Source: Asterionella formosa (lineage: Eukaryota). Taken from it: a DNA stretch of 36,935 bases. The position numbers and the translations under genes were made by a program. The DNA is taken from assembly GCA_002256025.1 (NCBI GenBank), contig NKIB01015260.1, positions 1 to 36,935 on the forward strand, given 5' to 3'. This document shows, piece after piece, positions 22,486 to 33,045 of this stretch. The notes beneath the pieces are model-generated. The model saw nothing but the letters and a program-made list of their open reading frames with translations. It ran no database searches and was not told the DNA's origin. The stretch's first letter is position 1; every line of letters starts with the position of its first letter.

Positions 22486-24104
22486 CTAGATGCGACGAAG
22501 GAGGCAAATGCTTCCATCACAGTTGGATGTTTTGGTGTATCCCCTTTTCAGCATACGAGATAGAACACCACGGAAGTCGTTTAACCACAGCAAATTGTCA
22601 AATGTGTCTGAAGTAACAGTGATCAGACGAAGTGAGTAAGTGTAGCACAGAAAATTCAAAATCGTCAATGATGACAGCTTCTGTCGCAATTACTTACAAT
22701 CAATGGCGAATTGGATTGATAAATTGTTGACGGGGCAGGCTCCTGTCCTTCGGAAAGTGCAACTGACTCTTCCATTAGAATCCATGTTACTAGAGTCCAA
22801 TAGGCGAACCAAACCAATGTCAATGTTTAGCATAACAATTTTAGTTCCGCCAGGAAATCCCACCCAGATGTTGCGATTGGGGATACCATTTGGGTTGTTA
22901 ACCTCGACCCCTCTCTGCCATCCGGGAGCCTGATTGACATGGACGTCTAGAGATTGGCTAGCACTGGTCCCGCCGATCAACTCATGGTAATACCCTAAAA
23001 AAAGAAAGAAAGGAGATGAAATCACGTTTTGCGAAGAAAATTGAATAAAACACAAGCGTTTCTCGTACCATTGTCAAAGACGGTATTAGCTAGCAGCCAT
23101 CCGTTAGGTCCATCCACTCCACTGTTTTCCTTCCTGAGGCTGCCAATGGTGTGCGCGCCCATAATTGCAACTGTCTCCTTAATGCTGAAACCGAATTCGT
23201 TGCTGAAGAAGCTGAAAAGAGTACGAGAAGGAGTATTCATCCCGGGGATGAATCTGGCTGGTCCACGAATGTCACTGCAGGCTTGCTGGGTGCCAGCTGC
23301 GTTGCGGCAGACAGTGTTGGCGACTTCGCAGTTCACACGTCCGACAGAATCCAAGTTAAAATTGATGCGGCGGTTGCTTGGTTGCATGACATCTACTCCC
23401 ACCACAGCTGCCAATGCCCACACATCTGCACGAGTGAATCCGGCTTTAGCGTGCCTAGATACAACAGGACGTAGAGCTTGGATTGGAACGAGCAATCCAA
23501 AGTTGTCTGGGTCGGTCAAATCGACACACCCGTCGCAACCACCAACGCAGTCATGGAATATGAGCCGAAGAAATTTGGCAGCCAGAGCTTGATTTCCGTT
23601 TTGACCAATAATAATACTCCGAATGTCAGATGTTGCGGCGCTGACTGTTGCAGCTATGGATAGGGACGAACCTGGGCTTGGGGTAGGGACCCTAACAGGG
23701 GTGGGGGCAGGACTACAACTCGAGCGCACCGTGAATGTGGAGGATTGAGCCAAACCAGCATATGGAGCTCCATTTGCTTCGTCATGAGTGAGAACAATCT
23801 TCCATGATCCGGCCGCCAAAGCATTTCGGTATGTTATGGTGCCGGTTTTGATTGGAGTTGAAGTTGTGCAGGAGCGGCCTCCACATGTCCAGAGCCATTG
23901 AATGCCTGAAGGAGAGGGCAGGGCACTAACGGATACGCTGGGATCATAGATCCCTACCCAGTCATCGGTTCGAGGATTGTCTACCTGAAACGTGATGGAG
24001 ATAGCTTCACCAATGGTGAAACAGCTTTTGTTCACCCGAACCGAGTTCGCCTCTGCGGTGACAAGGAAGGACACGCAAAGGCTAATAAAAAGGTAGGAAA
24101 TCAT
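22486..24104 (-). CDS. Secreted heme peroxidase with a single Ig/FN3-like module; paralog 3, 484 aa
   Basis: Exons 24104-23069, 22994-22698, 22607-22486 (1455 nt, in frame, TAG stop). Introns of 74 and 90 nt are homologous to introns 2 and 3 of the other paralogs. Motifs KFLRLIFHDCVGGCDGC, MGAHTIG, GWLLANTVFDNGYY, MLNIDIGL; signal-like MISYLFISLCVSFLVTAEA. Confidence 0.92.
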
Positions 24105-25399
24105 GATCCACTAAATACTCGGTATTTCTTCGGCGCAGATGCTTTTGAAGGAGAGTACCTGGAACGTAAACTCTGCGAGTGTTTAACGGGTATTCTTTGT
24201 TGTTTTTGAATGACTCGATGCAACTATTTAAAGGTGCACGAATCTGTGGTTTGTGTGTGATGAATGAAAAATAATATGATGCAACAAGTAAAAGCAGAGG
24301 AACGATAACGATTTACGGCCACAACAACAATTGGCATCGGTCGGCTCGTTGGCGCTTGTTCTGAAGACTCAGTATTGGCGAATGCAACAAAGACGACTAT
24401 CGTTATGTATGTAGAATTCACAGTTCGCCAGCAAAGTGTACGTGCCGGCGAACAGATATTAAGAAATTTCGAAGGACTGGATTCACATTCCAAGATCTCC
24501 TCAACAATTACTATGTCTGCCCTACTTCCTAAATTTAGTAAAAGCCCATTGTGACCAAATATGTGCATACGGATAAACCATCGCTTCTGGGAAGTGATTT
24601 GCAGTCTTGTGTCAATGAAGTCACACCTGTGGTCGGACATCCATCGCCACTATCGTGTATGTAGGAGCTTACTACGGTGATCTATTGAGGGAAAATTCAT
24701 TAATGATTCTAAGTACCTGGTACGGGTAGGACCGTTAGTTAGAAAATTCTATTTCACGATCTATCTATCACCTTCTCGTCCAGAATACGAAATACCGGAA
24801 TGTTAGTGGAGTGAATTTATGAGCAGCTGCCTGTACGTGCGTACGGGTAGATCGAACAACAAGAACAAATTTTAAAACGGCAAGAGTAGCGTGCGCGCCT
24901 TTCGTACTTACCGGTAAATGAAGCTACCTGCATGTGCATGTTTATATACAGCCACATGCCTGATGCTTGAGGGTCGTTCTTATCATTCCGAATTTGCTGT
25001 ATTATTTCCGGGTTGCGGGCAAAAAGTGACGGTTGGTATCAAAACAGGGTATCAGCAACAATAATTTTGTATCATTGATACAAAAGTGAAACCTTTTTTT
25101 GCCCCCCTCCAAAAACAGTATCAGTGACACTGACATTTTCACGCAGGTATCATTTCCGTTGTCACTAATAAAATAACCGAAAATAAGCCTACAAGGCAAG
25201 GCACCACTAATATTAATGGCATATACTATTCCTTCAATTTTATGCTGCCTGGCTGCATACATCCAAGCAACACTATTGATACAATTATATGGCACCAGAA
25301 AGAAACTCCACTTACTTATATTGGCGATCTTATAACTCCCAAGTGTTTTTGTGTATTTGTTACAACAGATCAGTCATTGGAATCTCCCTGAATATACTA

Positions 25400-26759
25400 C
25401 AAGCAAGGCAAATGGAACCGCATACTAGTATGGAACCAGTCACACAAAGGCAGACAACAACTATTGATGTGGAGACCACTGTATATCAAGATCAACCCAC
25501 CACCTCCAACAAAACAATGCAGTCTCTTGCTACAGATACTGAAGTTGATTAATTTGTTGACTCCCTCATACTTCCTGATGACTTTGTGCTTGATAGTGAA
25601 AGGACACAGGTGATTTTCATCAAAGGTATTGCAATGAAGCAGATCTCAGTCAAGGTTCTCCGAATAATTTGTGTCAGATAAAAATTTTCTGGATACAAAA
25701 ATGCGAAGACTTTCACTGTTGCTTTGATTGTTCGACTTTTGAAGAGAGACAGCTTGTCACAGAGGATATACCCTAGATCTTTCAATGTCAATGAATCAGA
25801 CATTGAATTGGATAGTGATAATGATAATCACAAAGATGGTTCAATTAATGATGAGGAATTCAAAGTCGATGAGCAAAGATTGCGAAGATGATAATGATGA
25901 AAGGAATGACAAAGTTCAAGAGCCAACAGCAGCGCAGCCAAATGAGTCTTTGGTCGATCCTCAGTTTGCTTGAACAAGAGGAAGTGAACCCTCCCATAGA
26001 AAAAGCGAAAAAGAATAAGGCTCAGGCAAATTCAGCCCCTCCAGATGCTGTGACCTGCAGCAACACATACTTCCATGTCTCATTACTGTCTACATGTGCA
26101 ACAAGCATCGCAGTGATGTTTTGCGTCTAGGTCAGCCACCAACTCTGGCTGAACTTGATGCAAGGAGGTTTTGACACAAGTTCATTTTCGATCGACTTGT
26201 TGTCACATATCTTTATGATGAGGATGAAGACTACACCATTCTAGCATTTCCCAGAGATGAATGCTGGGACCAAGTTGGAATTGATGCTGACTTCGCAAAA
26301 AGATTTATGCCCTCACTTCCAAAGACTTTTCATTGGTAATGGGATACATTAATCATGATTATCAAGCTGCCTATCGAAATAACAAACAATCAGGCAGTCA
26401 TGATGATTTTGTCAACTTTGTTGGGCCATGTCATTTCCTATTTTACTACCATCTTTGGTTGTGTCAAGTTCCGCATCTATTGAATTTTGCTGTACCACTG
26501 TTACCAAATTATGCCTTCCGTGAGAGTACAGACATTGACAATACTGCCACCACATTGTCATCAAAATCAAAATCTCCAAGCAATTTCAGTGTTAGAAAGA
26601 AGGGAAGACATGCAATCTTGACGCAAAAACCTAAATCGTCTTCTCAAAAACTTGCAAGTGCATTGGAATCATTTGAGAAGTCAAATGTTGCAAAACTCAG
26701 ACTGCTAGAGTCTACAACTGCACCACGCAGAGAAAATGATCTACTGGATGTCTTGCCAC
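25400..26759 (+). pseudogene. Disrupted ORF, probably a transposon accessory protein (Harbinger-associated type), cut at 26760 by another element
   Basis: Fragmented frames with protein-like segments: FIKGIAMKQISVKVLRIICVR, RLGQPPTLAELDARRF, YRNNKQSGSHDDFVNFVGPCHFLFYYHLWLCQVPHLLNFAVPLLPNYAFRES. Family assignment from recalled motif resemblance only. Confidence 0.45.
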
Positions 26760-27450
26760 AAGCATTGCTTTCTTTTCCCGTGGTAGGTACCTATTTGTCA
26801 ATATTGTTGTTTGGGTCAATCTATTCTTGTTCCCGCTACACCAGAAGCAATTATCCCTTTACTTCTCCTCCCAAGAACCTTCATTTCTCTTTCACAATTG
26901 TCCTGATGTTTGCAGAGCATTTTTAGTTCCCTTTTGATTTTCCCACTGGTTTCGATCCCTTTTGCATTCAAGTCAAGAAGCAAGCAACTCATTGAGATTT
27001 CTGGAGATTCTGTCAGTGGCACCATAAAGCAACAATCAACAGATCATGGTGGCTGTTCTCCATTTTTTGTAGCAAGTGACAAAGTGACAATCAAGAAGGG
27101 TCAGGGATCATTGGGGAGAAAAAATAGCAGGATTCTCTGTGTTTGCCCGGCCTGTTTGGCAGATATTCAACCATTGCTTCTTCGCACCAATCAATACTAG
27201 CTGGTTTAGCTAATGAAAACCGTAATTGGATGAAATGTGACTTCCGGTTTCTAATAATTTACATTGTTGCACTACTGAAACTTGAATCCATAAATGGTCA
27301 TTCAACTTGTGCTTCTTGCATTTTTGCAGTATAGACTGGCTGGTGGGCGATAGGCCAAGCAAAGTGTCTCGCTTTTCATGAACATCTACAAGGTACTAGT
27401 GCTTTTGTCGAGGTTTGTGTCTAATACCAACTGCTGCCATCCATTGAAAT
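26760..27450 (-). mobile_element. Decayed IS630/Tc1/mariner-like transposase fragment (copy B, inverted relative to 12512-13272)
   Basis: Reverse complement matches 12512-13272 along its length. ORF-track peptides LDLNAKGIETSGKIKR..LKMLCKHQDNCEREMKVLGRRSKGIIASG occur in both copies. Lacks the 70-bp internal duplication. Confidence 0.65.
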
Positions 27451-30143
27451 ATTCCAGATACATCAAAGAATAGCTACGCTCCTGTCTTCAAAGGTAAGGA
27501 ACTAGTACGATGACAATGAAAATCTAATGAGACATGAAAATTACGAAACCAGAATCACTCTGTTACTATAAATAGCTAGACAGTCTCATGCTTCTTTGTG
27601 CATATCGCCTGCTATGCTGCATTTCCATTCTAGATGTATTACGTTCTTGTTAGAGAGACGAGGTTACAGAGAAGTAGATTGTGCTGTTCTATAATGGATG
27701 TTGTTTACTAGCTATGATTGAGGTTGTAAAACTGATTGATGCTCTGGTGACAGACCGGCCGGAAATATTCGTCATACTATGTTGAGCCATTTCGTTTTCA
27801 TTGGATTTCTTTTCAAGCTCTTAACGGATTGCATAGTATGAACATACTGTGCAATGTAGATGATGATTCATCGAAGACAGGTGATGACTTGAACGACAAA
27901 TGAAGATTTTATCACAAACACTCGTTCCTCTCGACAAGGCTGCTTTGTCGTTGTTGCAAGAATCAGAGTGAGGACTGGCGAGGATGATGAGCCAAACCAC
28001 ATTACTCTAACTGGTACATTATCCTACCAAGAAATTTAAATAAAGGAAGCTAAAAGAAACAATACATATAATAATTAAATTTCCATACTAGTCAAAAGGG
28101 TTACTATTTAAATTACAAGGGCATTTATCAAAATTATTAGATGATATAACGAAAAATTATGATCAGTTGATCATAATCCTATGATGCATCATGGAAATAT
28201 GATGGTTTTTATTTGCAAACGTTCGTTTCAGTCTCCAGAGCCAGATGACAAAGGATAAAGAGTTGATCATGGTCATCGTAAGCAAATAATTGATGGTTGT
28301 TCTTATTTTCAAAAACTTGAATACTGATGACATCATTGCCATCATAATCATTGCCATTGTTGATATTCACGGCACCTTCAGTCCAATGTTGATCCACTTG
28401 TTCGTCGTTGTGAACTGACAATGATGACATGGTGCTGATTGCTTGTAAAACAGAAAGGGGACGATGGCAAGTGGAAGTTTAAGAAGAAGGGTAAAGACGA
28501 TCTTTCATGTCTGTGTTGACTCATGGCAAATCAAGAATTTAGCAGGTATGTCAGATACATATTCTATACTGGTACATAGTACGCGTAGTTTTCCTTCATG
28601 GTTTTAGTACTGGAAAATTATCGAAATAGTCTGGAGGGAAGCCTGGAGGTATATGCACATGATTGTAGCCAGCCCGTAACCGTTGAATTTTCGTGATACT
28701 TTTTGGTGGTACAATTTCATTTATATTTTTGTGGAGAATGGATTTTTCGGTTTAAATCGAGTAGCCTATACATGATACTTTTTCAAAAAGATGATACCAA
28801 ATCGAAAATGATTAGAACGACCTTCAGGGAAAAATGCAAGGAATCTGTTACCCCAGAGTACAACCTAAATAATGAGAGTCTATTATACTTTATCCGCCAT
28901 TGCATTATCCAAAAAGGCTGAATTCAGTCTATCGGACTGAATTCTCAATCCCTTGCCCAACCCGAGCAACATTCATCGGATATTTCATTTCTGGAAAGCT
29001 AATGTCAGTAAAACTGTACTCCCTCTGTTCAACTATAGTTGCAACCAAAGGTCAGTGATGTTATACTGTGCATTTTTTCGGTCAACCCAAGGATGCAGCA
29101 GATAACAATAATGGCAGCTTTATACAGAAGTGATGATGTGATTAGGTGGTTAGTGCTGCTTTTTTCCATTTTTTGTGTTGTTAGAATACATAAGAAACCA
29201 AATACAACTTGTCACTACAATAACTAAAATTTGAATAGATAGCAAAGCGTTGTTTTCATTTTTCATGGAAATATTTGTTGATTTCATCATTTTCAGACAA
29301 CATGATGAACAGATGCACCATGCACACTCCAGCCGCTCACGACGACTACACAGTTACTCTGTAACGCTATACAGGAAGATATATTATCTATAGCTAGAAA
29401 AGAATCGAATAATCTAAGAAGCTAAATAATTATGTTCAAGTGCTTACGAGTGCTTCCTCAGGTCCCCTGGTACCCTGAGCAGCATGAGTCCAGCCACCAG
29501 CATACATACATACGGTGGAATTTAATAATAGTTATATGTATAGCGTACAACCAGTTGTCACTTGTGATGATGCTAGCATGCAAATATTTCAAATCCTACT
29601 TGATATTGAACAGTTCATTATTGGTTATTTTCATCACTTCGACCGGAAAAAGAGAACGATTTGGAGAGAATAAAGCAACGTAAGCACGGCTTGCTAACTT
29701 TTGCTTCGGGCCGCCCCTCTATTGCCTCGGTCATTGTCATTTTCTTTTTCAGCCATTTGCCTCGTACGAAATAAGTATTTACGTCACTAATAAGTCGTGA
29801 TACTGTCGACTCAGAGAGAATTGATGATGGTCTCTATTTAATCGTTTTGCGTGCCTGTCCTGCGTCATGTTGTCCATTTCAGTAAAATGAGCACAACTTC
29901 CAGGTACTGCATACTATACTATTGAGCATGCACCATGTTTCTGGTAATCATGCTTCACTGTGGTGCTTTTCTATTACCGCTAACTGGTACCATGGAACCA
30001 GAAAGTTGCGGTCATTTGGCTTAAATAGAAAATTTAACATAGGATAAAGATAGCTAAGGTGCAATTATTGGAACTTGCACCAGAGGAGCATAACGGCTGT
30101 AGTTTTATGGTCATTTGTATGCCTCGCACTGGCAGCGTAATGC

Positions 30144-31336
30144 ATCTTAAAAGTATGATCAAATGATCCTAAACATATGATATTTAGTTTTCGGCTGCAC
30201 TTTTGTGGCATTCCTATGAGAGAAGTTATACCCAGCAAGTATACAGTACTAATGGTAGGCCATATGAATTTTTCGAATGTACATGGTCAATGCGTCTTTA
30301 TTCATAAATGTATGATTTAGACCATTTGAAAAATTGGTGATGACACGATTTATTAAGGGGCTAAATTAAATCAGCAACTGGCTTGTAGGTACAAGAATTG
30401 ACAAAACCAAATTGAAAAAATTCATCAGGTCATGAAAAACTATGAACTCATCATGCATTGTATATGTTTGAATTATGTATGATCAAAATTGATGATGGTA
30501 TACGCAGAATGCGCCATACAATGAGTGTGTTTGAACTATGCAAATGTTCAAATATATATACATTACTAACTTAAAAATCTTTAAGTATGTACTATACATG
30601 GCCGAAACATTTGACATCATGTTTTCATGTTTCTTGTCAAGCATGCACTTCCTGAAATTAATGATCATCACACATGACAAGGAAAGCAAAAGTGATAATG
30701 CAACACAATTATACTTGCGGCTTAGAAGGAGTGAATATCGAGAAGGGCGGAATCAATTGATGGTAAGTCAAGAGCAAATGCCTTTCATGTTGCTTGTCAT
30801 GCATACACTTCCTGAAATGAAGGATCACAAGCAATACATGATGTGAAGAATTGAAGTGACGATACAGAACGATGATACACCATACGGCTAAGAAGGAGTG
30901 AATATGGAGAAGGGCGGAAAATCAACAAGCTGCGCATGGTAGCACATCAAGAGGAAATGCCAGGACTATCAATTGTTGGGATTACAAATACAGAATGACT
31001 CGTCCCCTTTCAGTGATTCAATAGCTCCTCTTGGATTTGGTGGCAAATCATCAATGTGGACAAAAGAAATGGGTAATAAGTGCTATCATCCTTGGATCAA
31101 TCCACAACTGTTAGAAAAACTGACACATGTGTGTTGCTTCTTTCAGGATTATGGTAGACAAAAAGTATCTGTAAGTTACAAACAGCAGTGTTGGAGCCTT
31201 TTTATTGGTTGATAGTTATTCAATGTTATCATACAGATAGGATCAAGGGTATTGTATGCTAAGTGGCACAGGATTTTTACATATATGATAGTTTTTGGAT
31301 CAAAAATTTGATCAATGTATCAAATAATTATGATCA
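30144..31336. repeat. Second, rearranged copy of the 14.1-16.0 kb element
   Basis: 30144-31214 is a direct repeat of 14252-15325, including the internal duplication (~30622-30782 / 30783-30961). ~31226-31336 is the reverse complement of ~15929-16039. Confidence 0.85.
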
Positions 31337-32155
31337 TCAACATTATGGATCCAAAAATTTTGCGAAGAGGTGCATGATAATACCTTTTGAAGGGAGAAAC
31401 TTTTTCATCCATCTGTTGCATCATGGATTTTACATAGACAACATCATCCTTCTTAAGCGAAGAATTGCAAGGAACTCGTCTAAATAATTCGTTCAACATT
31501 TTCAAATCTAATTAAGAGCTCAAAAAATTTCAATAAATAATTGGAGAACAAATATTTCCAACTGAAACATATCCTCACAAGAATTTGCCGTTTTGACTTG
31601 AGGCGAAACTGTTCCAGGATGAAAGTATGTTGACTTGATTGGTGGATCAGATCCATCAGAGAAAAAATCGTCTGTTCGATAGAAGTTGATGAACTACATA
31701 ATTTTTGAGTGCTGGTCAGTGATGGTTACTATCTTTTTATGTGGTGATCTGGTGGAACAATGACATTCTGGCTTATTTGGTGGAGTAACCCAGAGGGCGA
31801 TGTCAATGTTGGAATCAGTTGATTGGTTTCTCATCAGAAACGCCCAACAGGTATCTAGGTGACTCTATCTTATCTTGGACAAAATAAGACACGACCAAAT
31901 ACATTATAATAATAATAACAAATAGTATTTTTCACATCGTTCTGCCGAATCAAGTACGGTATGGCATACAAACGAATTCTGGATTCCGTCCTGTGTTGCT
32001 GTCGTGTGTTAAATCTTCTGTATGTAGCCTGTTCATATCTGACCTACATAAATATTAAAGTGTCCGGTGAAACTGAAAAGCAACTCATCGGCTGATTGAT
32101 AGATGGCAAATCCGCCCATTGTTCGCGGTGAACATAATTGCACCATTCTGTTATC

Positions 32156-33034
32156 ATGCCGTCAATAACGAAAGTGACTGTTCTCTTCCTTTGCTCGTCA
32201 TCTCTGGTATCAGCTAGATTCTCAGTAAACGGCCCAATCCTGACCGTCACGTTGAAAGATCCGAATAACAGCGGCGAACCATCGAAATGGCTCGATCTAG
32301 GCTGCCTCGATCCCAGCGCTGCCTGGTCGGTGCAATCCAAGGGCCCGCCCCTTCCCAAATGGTTTCCATCACTGAAAGGGATCAGAGGATCGTTAAATTA
32401 TCGATACGAAGACAATCCAATGTTACCGTCCGATGTATCTGCCGAGGTGCGATTCGCCAAGGAACGAATTGGGGAACTACAGTTCCAGCCGTCTTACCAT
32501 TTGAAATCTAAACAAACTACATGTGTAGTTCAAGCCATTCGCGGGGAAAAGTTGAGTATTATGGCTCGTTTTTCCACTTCGGGCAAGGCTTTACTGGAAT
32601 TCGTTAAGGGCTCTCTGCTTTTGGAGCTCCCCTTTCAATCCCTGTCGGCAATTAAGGTGACCCCTGCCTTTGACTTTGCCCAGAACAATCCGACTTGCGT
32701 CATGGAAGGCATCACTGGCTCCGGTCGGACAAAAGCAATCTTGAACCTACAATGGCAAGATCCTACGCTAACAGTTGTACATGCCTTAGATGACCGGAAC
32801 ACGATTGCCCCTGAGATATCCTTGCAAACTGCAAAGATTTTGTACAGTTGGTCGATTGCTCTTGACAGCGGGTCCATTGAGACAAAAGTAGATCCAACTG
32901 CTGCTGTTCATGTCACTTGGACGGATCAAAGTATGAGTGGTCGCTGGGTGACGGACTTTTCCTTACCACTCAAGGGAACAACAGTTTCCGCTTTGGCAGC
33001 CAATGTTAGAGTGAGGCGGCAATTTGCATTTTAG
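32156..33034 (+). CDS. Hypothetical protein with signal peptide, predicted beta-strand-rich (possible beta-barrel pore), 292 aa, single exon
   Basis: Open 879-nt frame from ATG 32156 with genic composition. N-terminus MPSITKVTVLFLCSSSLVSA; many alternating hydrophobic/polar segments; ends VRVRRQFAF. Confidence 0.8.
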   Translation: MPSITKVTVLFLCSSSLVSARFSVNGPILTVTLKDPNNSGEPSKWLDLGCLDPSAAWSVQSKGPPLPKWFPSLKGIRGSLNYRYEDNPMLPSDVSAEVRFAKERIGELQFQPSYHLKSKQTTCVVQAIRGEKLSIMARFSTSGKALLEFVKGSLLLELPFQSLSAIKVTPAFDFAQNNPTCVMEGITGSGRTKAILNLQWQDPTLTVVHALDDRNTIAPEISLQTAKILYSWSIALDSGSIETKVDPTAAVHVTWTDQSMSGRWVTDFSLPLKGTTVSALAANVRVRRQFAF

Positions 33035-33045
33035 AGTTTTGATCA

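Noticed and set aside
23029..23592. Plus-strand ORFs that look conserved between 7703-8233 and 23029-23592
   Set aside because: They are antisense shadows of the paralogous peroxidase exons.
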